From Bacteriovoracaceae bacterium (lineage in GTDB: Bacteria; Bdellovibrionota; Bacteriovoracia; Bacteriovoracales; Bacteriovoracaceae), in contig JBFGZE010000008.1 of NCBI GenBank assembly GCA_041586955.1, positions 1 to 64,000 on the forward strand: a DNA stretch of 64,000 nt. Reading direction: 5' to 3'. Under the pieces are notes generated by a model. The model ran no database searches and was not told the DNA's origin. It worked only from the letters and a program-made list of their open reading frames with translations. Position 1 is the stretch's first letter; the number at the start of each line of letters is the position of its first letter. A program made the position numbers and the translations under genes. This document shows, in pieces, positions 47,007-58,209 of this stretch.

Positions 47007-47912
47007 ATGTTATCTCAATCTATTTTAGTTCTTTTTGTATTGTTATCAAATCTTTGTTTGATCAATACAGCTCAGGGCGCCAATAAAATTCCCGACTTTC
47101 AAACGACAAGGTTAAAGTCCCTAGGAGGCACTGGTGTAGCCTCTATCTTAATGGATGAGGCAACGATCTTAAACCCTTCAACCCTGTCATTTTTTAATAT
47201 TTCATCATTTTACCTTCAACGCTCTGGTCAAGAGATTGAAGGGACGGGCACAAATATCGCTGAGTATCCGAAAGAAAGCACTAACTATGGCGTAATCGCC
47301 TCCGACTCAAAAGGTCAACTTAAGAGTTCCTTTAGTTATCTCAAGCAAAAACATCGACTTAATGAAAGAAAGCGAATTTCTGTTGCGGGCTCTAAAAACA
47401 TGGGAAAGCGCTCAAGCGCAGGCTTTACCTATCGTAAAAGTAGCGATCATATTTATCAAAATGGAGAACTCGTCAAAGACTCCTACCATCAATCAACCTT
47501 TGGCTTCTCTCACGTCATTAACTCTTCAGTTATGATGGGAATCGTTATTAACGATCCATTTAAAGTTAAAGAAGAGGACACCAATGCCATTATTGGCTTT
47601 CAATATGTTTATCAAGACCTTGTTTCATTTATGCTTGATGTTGGCGCAGATTATAATAAAAACCTCTCTGACACTCTTCTTTACCGACTTGGGTCACAAT
47701 TAAAAGTGTACAACAATTTTTTTCTCCGTTTTGGTACATTCAACAACAAGCAAACCTTCTCGCGTGGTACAGGAGTGGGGATTGGCTGGCTTCAACCAAG
47801 ACTCTCTTTTGACCTGGCCTTAACTAATACCAAATATATTGAAAATCTCAAAAAAGAGATTCTAGGAGAAAATATCAAAGAAACATCCTTCTCTTTTAGC
47901 TATCGATTTTAA
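47007..47912 (+). CDS. Outer-membrane beta-barrel, FadL/PorV-like
   Basis: Signal peptide; R...LGG.G.A......A...NP..L N-terminal motif; ends SFSYRF; GGAG RBS before ATG 47007. Confidence 0.6.
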   Translation: MLSQSILVLFVLLSNLCLINTAQGANKIPDFQTTRLKSLGGTGVASILMDEATILNPSTLSFFNISSFYLQRSGQEIEGTGTNIAEYPKESTNYGVIASDSKGQLKSSFSYLKQKHRLNERKRISVAGSKNMGKRSSAGFTYRKSSDHIYQNGELVKDSYHQSTFGFSHVINSSVMMGIVINDPFKVKEEDTNAIIGFQYVYQDLVSFMLDVGADYNKNLSDTLLYRLGSQLKVYNNFFLRFGTFNNKQTFSRGTGVGIGWLQPRLSFDLALTNTKYIENLKKEILGENIKETSFSFSYRF

Positions 47913-47913
47913 T

Positions 47914-48630
47914 ATGGCGAAAAAACGGTCATCCATTTTTAGGGACGAAGATGAAATCAGCCCTGAAACTATTAGACGTTATAATGAGCGGCTCAAATTT
48001 CTCCGAAAGGGTCTTGAATACTCGCAGGCCAACGATTTGCCGCGCGCGGTAGAAGCTTATAATTATTATCTCAGGGCAATTACCAATTACAACCAAATTG
48101 AAGAAGGGAAATTGCGCCCAAAACATTTTGACACCGAAAAAGATATGGCCGAAATTCTTCTTATAAGTCATGTCTATTGGGACTTGGCGAAAATATACGA
48201 TAAATCGCCCAATCTTCATATCGAATCTATACGCTGCCTTAATCAATTTCTTATTTTTAGCCTCGGCTTCAAGTTCCAATACATCAATGCCCGCATGCTT
48301 CGAAACTTTTGCCGCAAGGGCAAGGCCCACAATATTAAGGCCTTTAAAGATGCCTATGAGAAAATGAAGGTTGAGTCCAAGGATTGCTTTATCGCAACTC
48401 AATTATTAGGAGAACAATCAACTACAACAATAAATTTGAGAGAATTTCGCAATTGTCTTTATAAAAATAGATTAGGCTTTATCGTAAATACCTATTATTA
48501 TCTAAGCCCAAAATTAATACAGCTTAATTACCGTAGTAAGTCTTTTCGCTTCTTCTCAAATATTATTATTAGGCCTAGTTTAATTGCTATTTCCCATTTA
48601 ACCCATTGGTGTCAATCTAAATGTCAATAA
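47914..48630 (+). CDS. TPR-like protein with C-terminal CFI-box-CTERM domain
   Basis: Helical N-part; CFIAT...G......LR.FR...L.....G..V..YY..SP. Confidence 0.75.
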   Translation: MAKKRSSIFRDEDEISPETIRRYNERLKFLRKGLEYSQANDLPRAVEAYNYYLRAITNYNQIEEGKLRPKHFDTEKDMAEILLISHVYWDLAKIYDKSPNLHIESIRCLNQFLIFSLGFKFQYINARMLRNFCRKGKAHNIKAFKDAYEKMKVESKDCFIATQLLGEQSTTTINLREFRNCLYKNRLGFIVNTYYYLSPKLIQLNYRSKSFRFFSNIIIRPSLIAISHLTHWCQSKCQ

Positions 48631-49724
48631 TCAGACGGCTCGTCATATTTGAATGGTTTAAGTTTTTCAATGGTGCCTTTGTTCTCCTATTATTATTACT
48701 CACTATCGCCAACCTCATTTCGGGCTTTCTAAGAGTAAACGTGACCCCATGGGAAGTTATTCTTAACCATTTAATTGAAATGCCGGCCTCACTTAAGAAG
48801 ATTCTTCCTATTTCATGCTTAGTCGCTTCCCTTTTTAGTATCAATAAACTAAAAAGCCGTAGCGAACTGACTGCCATCTTTTCAATTGGTTATTCACGAA
48901 AGCAGTACATCTTTGATCTCATTATCTGTGCCACAATTGTCGCATCGCTTCAATTCATTTCCTCTTCCTTTCTCGAGCCTTTTATTAAAAGTAATAAAGA
49001 TCACCTTATTGCCAATAGTGAAAGTAAATTCCGAAACCTTAAGCGAAAAGGTCTATTGGCCTCTACTATTTCTAGTGGACATTTTTGGTATAAAGATAAG
49101 AATTATTTTTTATCCTTTGACGCCTTTGATAAGGCCAATTACTCAATCAAAAATGCCGTGATTTACCAATTTTCAGGTTCTCTCATCCAAAAGATCACAT
49201 TTGGGAAAGAAATATCTTGGGTCGATAATGCCTGGCGTATTCATCAAGGGGTCAACTTTCTAAATTTACATGAGGAAAAGACTTTCCCCTCAATTCATCA
49301 TGAAAAGGATTATGTTCCCTATCTCAACCTGACACCTGACGATTTCTTACAGCTTGATTCTGACATTACAACACTCAATATTTTTAATCTTCGTAAATAT
49401 ATTACGAAGCTTAAATCCAATCAGATTAACACCAATGAATATGAAGTTTTATTTTACGAAAAAATATCGACTTCTCTTATTTGTATTATTTTCGCCATCA
49501 TATCGGCCTTACCTATTTTCAACCCTAATAGAAGAAATAGCAGCTTTGGTCGAAGCGTTGTCTTTATTTTTGTTTTTACTATATTTTATTGGCTTATCAA
49601 CAGCTACTTTATTGAACTAGGAAAGAGCTCAAAACTGAATCCTATCCTCAGTTGCTTTGGTGTGCATGTGCTATTTACTCTTTTTCTCATTAAAGTCTTT
49701 CACAAAAATCGGCAATTAAATTAA
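48621..49724 (+). CDS. lptG: LptF/LptG family LPS export permease
   Basis: 3 TM + periplasmic beta domain + 3 TM; LP.S.L...L.....L....ELTA...G.S. Confidence 0.82.
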   Translation: MSIIRRLVIFEWFKFFNGAFVLLLLLLTIANLISGFLRVNVTPWEVILNHLIEMPASLKKILPISCLVASLFSINKLKSRSELTAIFSIGYSRKQYIFDLIICATIVASLQFISSSFLEPFIKSNKDHLIANSESKFRNLKRKGLLASTISSGHFWYKDKNYFLSFDAFDKANYSIKNAVIYQFSGSLIQKITFGKEISWVDNAWRIHQGVNFLNLHEEKTFPSIHHEKDYVPYLNLTPDDFLQLDSDITTLNIFNLRKYITKLKSNQINTNEYEVLFYEKISTSLICIIFAIISALPIFNPNRRNSSFGRSVVFIFVFTIFYWLINSYFIELGKSSKLNPILSCFGVHVLFTLFLIKVFHKNRQLN

Positions 49725-51290
49725 ATGAAAAATAAAGTCCTATTTTCTACCATCTTTTTCTTCTTTCTCGCGATCCTATTCGTTGATATCGGTAATATCG
49801 ATGGGATGCGCCAAGGTACGGAAGGGTTTTATCTTAAAGTATTTAAGGAAATGATTGCCCGCGATAGCATACAAATACCTTATTATAATGGTAATCCCCA
49901 TTGGTCTAAACCACCTTTCCATTTTTGGACAGCGATCTTAACACATAAACTTTTCCCTTTTACCAGCTTCATTACTTCTGGCCGTGTTTCTGTTTTCATC
50001 ATTTCGTTTTTACTTCTATTTTTGATTGCTCATTATTTAAAATTAATTTTTGGTACCAAAAAAATTATTACCCTTTCGGTTTTCATGGCGTCGGTTTTTT
50101 TTATAAAATATTCACGCATTTATATGATGGAAATCAGTCTTGCCTTCCTCACTTTTTTATCTAATCTTATTTATCTACGTTATATTAATACCAAATCTAA
50201 AAAAGATCTTTTTGGAGCTTCAGTAGCACTTGCTTTCGCTTGCCTCGTAAAAGGCCCGGTTGCTTTAGCTATGGCCATTCCACCCATTCTTTTAACGAGC
50301 GTTAATAGACATAATCTTCTAAAAATAAAAACTTATATGGGCCCAGCGCTGCTCATTCTTTTCTCCTTATCCCTTTCGAGTATATGGTATATCCTTTGCT
50401 TTTTAGATTTTGGACAGGAATTTATTAATTATTTCTTTCTTAGAGAAAACTTAGGTAAATTTAGTTCTAAAAGCTATCCTATTAAAAACCTATTTGAAGG
50501 TTTTCTCCTTTATGGTTTACCTTGGACTCTTTTAATAGGGTCGATATGGAAAACGAAAAAACAATTGACTAAAAACTCAAATACCCTTTATCTCATTGTC
50601 TGTTCTATTTTTTATTTTCTCATCTGGCTTATTCCGAGTCAGCGCTCTCATCATTACGCACTTCCCTCTTTGACGGCATTTTTGGCCATCGTATCTATTT
50701 ATCTCCATCAAAATCAAGATAAGAGGTCCCCACTATTTGGTGGCCTAGTCTATTTTATCATTTTCATCGGCCTTATTATTAATGCCCTTCTTTTTTATTT
50801 TTCACTTGCTAATGGACTTACTTACGCTGCCATTATTATTTTGATTCTCGCTATGGTCTGGTCACTTAAATCAAAACAGTCTGCGCTAAAACTAAGTGCC
50901 AGCTTTTTTCTAAGCTTTTGCTCAATATGGAACTTTAGCCTAACAGCTGTTTATCTACCGGTAATTCCCTATCATGTCGCCCAACAGGTTACATCAAGGC
51001 CACTCGCCGTTATTTTCAGAAAGCCCCTCTACATGGAAGAGACATTACAAAAAACTGTTATTGTGCTGAATAAATATACTGTGAATAATGAGCTTTCTAA
51101 AAACCGTCATATTAAACAAATTATTCTCAATAAAAATGAGTTGAACTTTCTGGGGCATAATTACGAAATTATAAAGACTTGGCCTCTATGGAAACGAGGT
51201 ATTAACGCTCGTGATATTTTTATGGCAATTCGCCAACAAAATCTCCATATCTTGCAAGACAATTATGTTCTTATTAGGCTCCTTCAATAA
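49725..51290 (+). CDS. ArnT/PMT-like polyprenyl-phosphate-sugar glycosyltransferase
   Basis: E..Y....EM, P..NG....KPP..W, L.KGP.A, PWT, HY.LP; about 13 TMs. Confidence 0.85.
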   Translation: MKNKVLFSTIFFFFLAILFVDIGNIDGMRQGTEGFYLKVFKEMIARDSIQIPYYNGNPHWSKPPFHFWTAILTHKLFPFTSFITSGRVSVFIISFLLLFLIAHYLKLIFGTKKIITLSVFMASVFFIKYSRIYMMEISLAFLTFLSNLIYLRYINTKSKKDLFGASVALAFACLVKGPVALAMAIPPILLTSVNRHNLLKIKTYMGPALLILFSLSLSSIWYILCFLDFGQEFINYFFLRENLGKFSSKSYPIKNLFEGFLLYGLPWTLLIGSIWKTKKQLTKNSNTLYLIVCSIFYFLIWLIPSQRSHHYALPSLTAFLAIVSIYLHQNQDKRSPLFGGLVYFIIFIGLIINALLFYFSLANGLTYAAIIILILAMVWSLKSKQSALKLSASFFLSFCSIWNFSLTAVYLPVIPYHVAQQVTSRPLAVIFRKPLYMEETLQKTVIVLNKYTVNNELSKNRHIKQIILNKNELNFLGHNYEIIKTWPLWKRGINARDIFMAIRQQNLHILQDNYVLIRLLQ

Positions 51291-51534
51291 TTGTTTTGAT
51301 CATAAAGCTTTGTTTTTTACAATGAACCTATGCGATCAAGATTGATTATTAACGAGACTTCACTTCCATAACCCTTTTGGCGATAATTTTGTTTTTATTG
51401 CTTTTTCACGTATCACTTAAGTAATTGATTTTTCTTAATATGGTAAAAATGAACCTCTTCCATTGTAAAAAAGGGTGCTTTCAAGGGCAGAATATTGGTT
51501 CGAACGAGGTTTCCTTTTCTAGACGGGAACGAGC

Positions 51535-51563
51535 TAGACCCTTAAATATCTTCATGTTATAGT
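51535..51563 (+). promoter_or_regulatory. Putative sigma70 promoter of the def operon
   Basis: TAGACC-N17-TATAGT with extended -10 TG; GAGGTG RBS follows. Confidence 0.55.
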
Positions 51564-51586
51564 GGCCAGATTACGAGGTGTGTGCG

Positions 51587-52171
51587 ATGCAGAATTTCTT
51601 AGAAGACTATCAATTTGAAGGTCAATTATTAAAAATTATTGAATATCCTTCCCCCATCCTAAAAAAAGTGGCCGACCCAGTTGAAACCTTCGACGATAAC
51701 CTGCGAATCCTTATCAAAAATATGCTCTACACAATGTATAATGCTCCTGGTGTCGGCCTAGCGGCCCCTCAGATTGGAGTTAGTCAGCGTATTTTCGTTA
51801 TCGATACAGATTTCGAGCGAGAGATTATCACCAATGCTGCTGGTGAAGAGGAAGTTCGACTAACTAATTTTAACCCTCTTGTTTTCATCAATCCTGTTTT
51901 CCAGAGTAAAGATGGTGAAATCACCTACGAAGAGGGTTGTCTCAGTGTCCCGGGTATTTACGAAGAAGTGAAACGAGCGGAAACAATTGAAGTTTCGTAT
52001 CAAGATATGTTTGGCAATAATCATGTCTTAAATGCAGATGCCCTTTTATCTGTATGTATTCAACATGAAAATGATCATCTCGAAGGTATTGTCTTTTTAG
52101 AACGCCTAAGTCTTTTAAAAAGAAACCTATTAACTAAGAAGTTTCTTAAACAGAAAAAAAAGAATAAATAA
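51587..52171 (+). CDS. def: Peptide deformylase
   Basis: GVGLAAPQIG, EGCLSVP, QHENDHLEG. Confidence 0.97.
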   Translation: MQNFLEDYQFEGQLLKIIEYPSPILKKVADPVETFDDNLRILIKNMLYTMYNAPGVGLAAPQIGVSQRIFVIDTDFEREIITNAAGEEEVRLTNFNPLVFINPVFQSKDGEITYEEGCLSVPGIYEEVKRAETIEVSYQDMFGNNHVLNADALLSVCIQHENDHLEGIVFLERLSLLKRNLLTKKFLKQKKKNK

Positions 52172-52174
52172 CAA

Positions 52175-53131
52175 ATGAAAAAACTTAATATTGTATTCTG
52201 CGGAACTCCTGAATTTGCAATTCCCATCGTCCAGCAATTATTTGATAATGATTTTATTAATATTAAATATATTGTTTCTATGCCCGATCGGCCTGCGGGG
52301 AGAGGAAAACAATTAAAATCTCCTCCAGTCGCTAATTTTGCAAAAGAAAATAATATTCCTCTTTTACAAACTCCTAATATTAACAAGGAGGAAAAGTGGC
52401 TAAAGGTTATGGAGGAAAGTGAAGTAGACTTCATCATGGTCTTGGCCTTCGCTCAATTTTTAGGAAATAAAATATTAAGTTTACCCAAACTTGGCTGCTT
52501 TAATATTCATACCTCTCTCCTTCCCAAGTATAGAGGTGCCGCCCCTATTCAATATGCTTTGTTAAATGGTGATACTGAAACAGGTATTACGATTCAAAAA
52601 ATGGTTAAGAAAATGGATGCTGGGGATATCGTAATGCAAGAAAGGGTTGCAATCTCCCCTCAGGAAACTAGTGAAACCCTCTTTAATAAATTAAGTATCG
52701 AATCCGCTAGACTTATTCCCAAATTTATTAATTCTATTGTAAGCGATAAACTTGAATATATTGTTCAAGATGAATCCTTGGCAAGCTTTGCCCCTTCAAT
52801 TCAAAAAGAAGAAGGCCTTATTGATTTTACCGTTCAAAACTCCGCTTTAATCATCAATAAGCTTAAAGCGTTTTTCCCTTGGCCTGGTTGCTTTTGTTTT
52901 TTAAATGGGAAACGGCTCAAAATTTTAGAGGCCGAAATTTTTAAAGGTAAAACGTTGTCGCCAGGACAAATTGATATCACCCTTAACCACCTGCTTGTTG
53001 GGACGGCCGATGGTAAAACAATACGGCTCTCTCAAATTCAATTAGAGGGGAAAAGGCCATGTGCTGATACCCAATTACTAAATGGTTTACAGGGTAAAGC
53101 AATCCTCCTTTCCCCCCGCCAAGAGGAATAA
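52175..53131 (+). CDS. fmt: Methionyl-tRNA formyltransferase
   Basis: GTPEFA, PDRPAGRG, NIH.SLLP.YRGAAPIQ, MDAGD. Confidence 0.96.
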   Translation: MKKLNIVFCGTPEFAIPIVQQLFDNDFINIKYIVSMPDRPAGRGKQLKSPPVANFAKENNIPLLQTPNINKEEKWLKVMEESEVDFIMVLAFAQFLGNKILSLPKLGCFNIHTSLLPKYRGAAPIQYALLNGDTETGITIQKMVKKMDAGDIVMQERVAISPQETSETLFNKLSIESARLIPKFINSIVSDKLEYIVQDESLASFAPSIQKEEGLIDFTVQNSALIINKLKAFFPWPGCFCFLNGKRLKILEAEIFKGKTLSPGQIDITLNHLLVGTADGKTIRLSQIQLEGKRPCADTQLLNGLQGKAILLSPRQEE

Positions 53132-53133
53132 TC

Positions 53134-53784
53134 ATGACAATCATTTCACCTAGTATATTGGCCGCCAATTTCCTCCAATTGCAATCTGAGATAGAGCGCC
53201 TGGAAAAGCTTCCTAATATCTGGCTTCATCTTGACATTATGGACGGCCACTTTGTCCCTAATATGACCTTTGGTCTCCCCTTTATTAAACAGATTCGAAA
53301 AGTAACAGATTTGAAACTGGATGGTCATTTTATGGTCACCAATCCCGAATTTTACGTCGAAAAGCTCGATAAAGATGATCTTTATAATTTTACGTTTCAC
53401 CTTGAGGCCACAGAGAACCCCACTTCTCTTATCAAAAAGGCAAAAGAAAAATTTTCGAGTGTTGGTATTTCGATTAAGCCTCACACCAAGGTTGAACTTT
53501 TAACGCCTGAGCTTCTCGAACAATTAGATCTTATTCTTATTATGTCCGTCGAGCCAGGGTTCGGCGGTCAAGCTTTTATGCCAGAGAGCCTTGAAAAAAT
53601 AAAATACCTTTCTCCTCTTGCTGAAAAATATGACTTTCAAATACAAATTGATGGTGGCATTAACGATATTACTGCTAAAGATGCTATCTCTTCTGGCGCT
53701 CACAACTTAGTTGCTGGGTCATTCATTTTCAAAGAACCAAGCTTTAATTATAAAAAACAAGTTGAAATATTAAGGAACCAATAA
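53134..53784 (+). CDS. rpe: Ribulose-phosphate 3-epimerase
   Basis: SPSIL.A.F, HLDIMDGHFVPN.TFG, MSVEPGFGGQ, DGGI. Confidence 0.96.
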   Translation: MTIISPSILAANFLQLQSEIERLEKLPNIWLHLDIMDGHFVPNMTFGLPFIKQIRKVTDLKLDGHFMVTNPEFYVEKLDKDDLYNFTFHLEATENPTSLIKKAKEKFSSVGISIKPHTKVELLTPELLEQLDLILIMSVEPGFGGQAFMPESLEKIKYLSPLAEKYDFQIQIDGGINDITAKDAISSGAHNLVAGSFIFKEPSFNYKKQVEILRNQ

Positions 53785-55331
53785 TGTCGACAAAAACTAA
53801 CCTTATACTTAATGGCCATGATCTTACGATAGAAGATGTATTTGCCGTAGCTCGTTCTTCTAAAGGGAAAATAGAGATTACGATTGACCCCCAATCACTC
53901 AAAAAAATGCAACAGTCACGCGACTATGTTTACGATATCGTCAAAAAAGGCGCTCCTGTTTATGGGATCAATACTGGTTTTGGTGCTCTTTCCAATATGC
54001 ATATTGCTGACAAAGACCTTTCGACCCTACAAATAAACCTGATTCGCTCTCATTGCACAGGAGTTGGTGCCCCATTTTCCAAGGAAATCACACGGGCCAT
54101 TATGCTTTTACGGGCAAATTGTTTAGTTTCTGGCTACTCAGGTGTTAACCCTGACATTGTTCAATTAATTATCGATTTTCTCAATCATGACATTACCCCA
54201 ATTGTGCCGTCGAAAGGATCTGTAGGTGCCTCTGGTGACCTGGCACCCCTTTCTCATATCGCACTTTGTCTAATTGGCGAAGGGATGGTCGAATACGACA
54301 ATAAAACCATCAATTCTTCTTTCGCTATCAAGTCTATCAATAAGGTTCCAGCTGAGCTTGGACCGAAAGATGGCCTGGCCCTCATTAATGGTACTGCAGT
54401 AATGGCTGCATTAGGTGCCGTTGCGGCCTATCAGGCCAAAAAAATTATGAAGCTTGCCGATATTATTTCTTGTGTCACTCTTGATGGACTACAGGGAACC
54501 TATAAGGCCTTTGACCCCTTGATAACTTCTTTAAAACCCCATCTCGGGCAAGAAGAAACCACTGAAAATATTAATAAAATTATTGAGGGCTCTGAAATTG
54601 TTAAGGCCCATGAGAATTGCGGAAAAGTTCAAGACCCTTATTCACTACGGTGCATTCCACAGGTTCATGGGGCCTGCCGACAAACCTTGTTTCACACCTG
54701 GAGTGTCTTATCGACGGAACTAAACGCAGTTACTGATAATCCGCTTATTTTTGTCGATGAAGATAAGGTAATCTCTGGTGGTAATTTTCATGGAGAGGCC
54801 ATTGCTCTCGCCATGGATTATTTATGCATGGGCCTTTCTGAAATTGCCAGTATTTCTGAAAGAAGAGTCGAGAAAATGATGAACCCATCGTTCTCTGAAC
54901 TGCCGGCCTTTCTTACTAAAAATAGCGGTCTTAATAGTGGACTGATGATTGCGCATGTTACCTCTGCCGCCTTGGCATCAGAAAATAAATATCTTTGCCA
55001 CCCAGCTTCCGTCGACTCCATCCCTACATCAACAGATAAAGAAGACCATGTTTCAATGGGTGTGACATCTGGCCGAAAACTATATGAAATATTAGATAAT
55101 GTTAAAAACTGCCTTGCGATTGAACTTTTATGTAGCACACAAGCTATCGAATTCCTTCGCCCATTAAAATCGTCTCCTGCTGTCGAGGAAGTATTTCGTC
55201 TTATCCGTAAACACGTTGAACCAATTGAAGAAGATCGTGTCTTTCACCACGATATTAAAAAAATATTTAATTTAATTGATAATGGTGAAATCCTCAATGC
55301 AGTAGAACAAGCAATAGGAGAAATCAAATGA
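53784..55331 (+). CDS. hutH: Histidine ammonia-lyase
   Basis: [21 protein letters not shown] (MIO), [26 protein letters not shown]. Confidence 0.96.
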   Translation: MSTKTNLILNGHDLTIEDVFAVARSSKGKIEITIDPQSLKKMQQSRDYVYDIVKKGAPVYGINTGFGALSNMHIADKDLSTLQINLIRSHCTGVGAPFSKEITRAIMLLRANCLVSGYSGVNPDIVQLIIDFLNHDITPIVPSKGSVGASGDLAPLSHIALCLIGEGMVEYDNKTINSSFAIKSINKVPAELGPKDGLALINGTAVMAALGAVAAYQAKKIMKLADIISCVTLDGLQGTYKAFDPLITSLKPHLGQEETTENINKIIEGSEIVKAHENCGKVQDPYSLRCIPQVHGACRQTLFHTWSVLSTELNAVTDNPLIFVDEDKVISGGNFHGEAIALAMDYLCMGLSEIASISERRVEKMMNPSFSELPAFLTKNSGLNSGLMIAHVTSAALASENKYLCHPASVDSIPTSTDKEDHVSMGVTSGRKLYEILDNVKNCLAIELLCSTQAIEFLRPLKSSPAVEEVFRLIRKHVEPIEEDRVFHHDIKKIFNLIDNGEILNAVEQAIGEIK

Positions 55332-56989
55332 GCAATCAAACAAATATTCCTCTTCCCAAAACAGGTAGCGAATTAGAGTGCAAGGGGTGGCATCAGGAAG
55401 CAGCTTTAAGATGCCTCTTGAATAATCTACATCCAGATGTTGCCGAAGACCGCGATAATTTAATTGTTTATGGTGGCAATGGACAAGCGGCACGAAACCA
55501 TAAGGCATTCAATGATATAATTCATAGCTTAAAAAATTTAGAAAATAATGAAACCCTTCTTATCCAATCGGGAAAACCAGTGGCAATAATGCCCAGCCAT
55601 TCCCATGGACCAAGGGTGCTGATCGCAAACTCCAATCTTGTCCCAGAATGGGCAAACTGGGATCACTTTAATAAATTAAAAGAAAACAACCTCTTTATGT
55701 ATGGTCAAATGACGGCCGGGTCATGGATCTATATTGGCTCACAAGGCATTCTTCAAGGAACTTATGAAACATTTATGGCCGCTGCGGAAAAGCATTATGG
55801 AACAGGCTCAAACCTAAGCGGCAAACTTGTTCTCAGCGCGGGCCTAGGAGGTATGGGTGGGGCCCAGCCTCTAGCAGTCAAAATGGCATCAGGTGTTTTT
55901 CTAGGTTGCGATATCGATCCTAGTCGTATTCAAAAAAGACTGGATACGAAATACCTTGATATTCTCTGTGATAATTTTGACCAGGCGATCGAAGAGGCCC
56001 TCAAGGCCAAAGAGTCCAAAAAAGCCATCTCTATTGGTGTTGTTGGCAATGCTGCTGACTTTTTCGACTATGTTTTTAATAAAGGTATTCTACCTGATTT
56101 AGTCACAGATCAAACCTCAGCTCATGACCCACTTAATGGTTATGTGCCAAATAAGATGTCCCTTGAGGAAGCTTTTGCGCTAAGAAGCAAAGATCCTTCT
56201 CTCTATACAAAGTTAAGTTATCAAACAATGGGCCAGCATGTTGTGGCCATGCTTAATTTTCAAAAGCAAGGTTGTCACGTTTTTGACTACGGCAATAATT
56301 TAAGGGCCGGTGCTTTAAAACATGGAATTGAAAATGCATTTGACTTTCCTGGCTTCGTCCCCGCTTATATCCGCCCACTTTTTTGCGAAGGCTCTGGGCC
56401 TTTCCGCTGGATTGCGCTTTCAGGCGATCCTGAAGATATTTACACCACCGACAAGGCGTTAATGGAATTATTTCCGGAAAACAAAGGGCTAATTAATTGG
56501 CTCAAGAAGGCCCAAGAAATGGTTCAATTCCAAGGTCTCCCCAGCCGAATTTGTTGGCTCAAATATGGCGAACGCGAAAAGGCGGGATTATTATTTAATA
56601 AATTAGTTCGAGAAGGAAAAGTGAAGGCCCCAATTGTTATTGGTCGAGACCATCTCGATTGCGGTTCAGTCGCATCACCAAATAGAGAAACAGAATCCAT
56701 GTTAGACGGCACAGATGCTGTTAGTGATTGGCCATTATTAAATCTTATGATTAACACCATGAATGGTGCCTCATGGACTAGCTTTCACCATGGTGGTGGT
56801 GTCGGTATGGGATTTAGCCAACATGCTGGTATGGTCATACTCGCAGATGGAACTGAAGATATGGATCAACGATTGAGTCGTGTCCTGAACTCTGATCCAG
56901 GGATGGGAGTTGTTAGGCACGCTGACGCAGGCTATGAGACGGCCTTGAATTTTAGAAAAAATACTAATATTAAATTTCCATCCCTATAA
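55328..56989 (+). CDS. hutU: Urocanate hydratase
   Basis: [47 protein letters not shown]. Confidence 0.97.
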   Translation: MSNQTNIPLPKTGSELECKGWHQEAALRCLLNNLHPDVAEDRDNLIVYGGNGQAARNHKAFNDIIHSLKNLENNETLLIQSGKPVAIMPSHSHGPRVLIANSNLVPEWANWDHFNKLKENNLFMYGQMTAGSWIYIGSQGILQGTYETFMAAAEKHYGTGSNLSGKLVLSAGLGGMGGAQPLAVKMASGVFLGCDIDPSRIQKRLDTKYLDILCDNFDQAIEEALKAKESKKAISIGVVGNAADFFDYVFNKGILPDLVTDQTSAHDPLNGYVPNKMSLEEAFALRSKDPSLYTKLSYQTMGQHVVAMLNFQKQGCHVFDYGNNLRAGALKHGIENAFDFPGFVPAYIRPLFCEGSGPFRWIALSGDPEDIYTTDKALMELFPENKGLINWLKKAQEMVQFQGLPSRICWLKYGEREKAGLLFNKLVREGKVKAPIVIGRDHLDCGSVASPNRETESMLDGTDAVSDWPLLNLMINTMNGASWTSFHHGGGVGMGFSQHAGMVILADGTEDMDQRLSRVLNSDPGMGVVRHADAGYETALNFRKNTNIKFPSL

Positions 56990-56991
56990 TT

Positions 56992-58209
56992 ATGAAAGTT
57001 TATCATCATATTAAAGAATGTCTTACTCTTCAAGGCGCCCACTCTAAAGATGGGCGCTGCTTAGACCCTTCAGATTTAGGCAACATTAAGGATGCCTCCA
57101 TTGCTTTTGATGACAATGAAATTAAATGGGTAGGTCCTTCAAGAGAGCTTCCAGAAGAATACAAGGGTTACTCGTTAATTGATGCCTCTGACTTTGTTAT
57201 TACCCCAGAATTAATTGATTGCCATACCCATCTGGTTTTCGGTGGCAATAGATCTAAAGAATATGTTGATCGGCTTAACGGCAAAGACTATCAAGAAATT
57301 GCCAAATCTGGTGGCGGAATTCTGTTTACCATGGAGCAAACCAATAAAAGTACTGACGAACAATTACTGCAAATAGCTCGTGAACGAATCCAAAAAATTG
57401 CGAACTATGGTGTTGGAACTATCGAAATTAAGAGTGGCTATTCCCTCACCTATGACGGTGAAAAAAGATTAACCTTATTAATTAACCAATTAAAAGAAGA
57501 ATTTTCCCCTTCCATTCAAATTAAGAATACTTTTATGGCGGCACACGCTATTCCTAAGGGCTTTAAGAATTCAGCTGAATTCTTAAATAAAGTAGTTTTC
57601 CCATTATTAAAAGAAATGGCCCCTCTAAATATAATCGATGCTGTCGATATTTTTCATGAAACGGGTTATTTTAATTACCAGGATACTGAAGAATTATTTA
57701 TGCTGGCCCAACAATTAGGTCTCCCCGTTAAAAGCCACGCGGACGAGTTTGTCGATAATAAGGGGGCCTTACTGGCCGCTCAAAATAATGCTCTAAGTAC
57801 AGATCATTTACTGTGCACCCAAAAAGATGGGATTCTCGCTTTGTCCCAGTCCAAAACTGTTGCCACCTTATTGCCTGGTACTGGTTTTTTTCTTGGGAAA
57901 GCTCAGGCCAATGCACGCGCTTTTTTAGATGCAGGCGTAAAAGTTGCCATTGGTAGCGATTACAATCCTGGCTCCTGCCATTTTGATAATGTCCTCTTCA
58001 TAGCTTCATTGGCCGCACCTAATTATCATATGAATATTACTGAATTGTGGAGCGCAATCACATTAAATTCGGCACATGCTTTAGGTCTATATGATCAAGG
58101 GGCCATTCAAAGCGGTCTAAGGCCAAGGTTTAGTCTCTTTAAAGCAGATTGCCACGAAGATATCACTTATCATTGGGGTAAAAACTTTTTTTATTCCTCC
58201 TCACTGTAA
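56992..58209 (+). CDS. hutI: Imidazolonepropionase
   Basis: DCHTHLVF.G.R, GGGI..T, EIKSGY, HADE, DYNPGS. Confidence 0.95.
   Translation: MKVYHHIKECLTLQGAHSKDGRCLDPSDLGNIKDASIAFDDNEIKWVGPSRELPEEYKGYSLIDASDFVITPELIDCHTHLVFGGNRSKEYVDRLNGKDYQEIAKSGGGILFTMEQTNKSTDEQLLQIARERIQKIANYGVGTIEIKSGYSLTYDGEKRLTLLINQLKEEFSPSIQIKNTFMAAHAIPKGFKNSAEFLNKVVFPLLKEMAPLNIIDAVDIFHETGYFNYQDTEELFMLAQQLGLPVKSHADEFVDNKGALLAAQNNALSTDHLLCTQKDGILALSQSKTVATLLPGTGFFLGKAQANARAFLDAGVKVAIGSDYNPGSCHFDNVLFIASLAAPNYHMNITELWSAITLNSAHALGLYDQGAIQSGLRPRFSLFKADCHEDITYHWGKNFFYSSSL

Noticed and set aside
47929..48402. 157-aa minus-strand ORF and the many other 60-120 aa antisense or alternate-frame ORFs
   Set aside because: They lie wholly inside well-supported genes and show no motifs; treated as shadow ORFs
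51291..51534. Long intergenic gap as a possible ncRNA or small ORF
   Set aside because: AT-rich, only a 16-codon minus-strand ORF noticed and weak hairpins; cannot be supported without a covariance search
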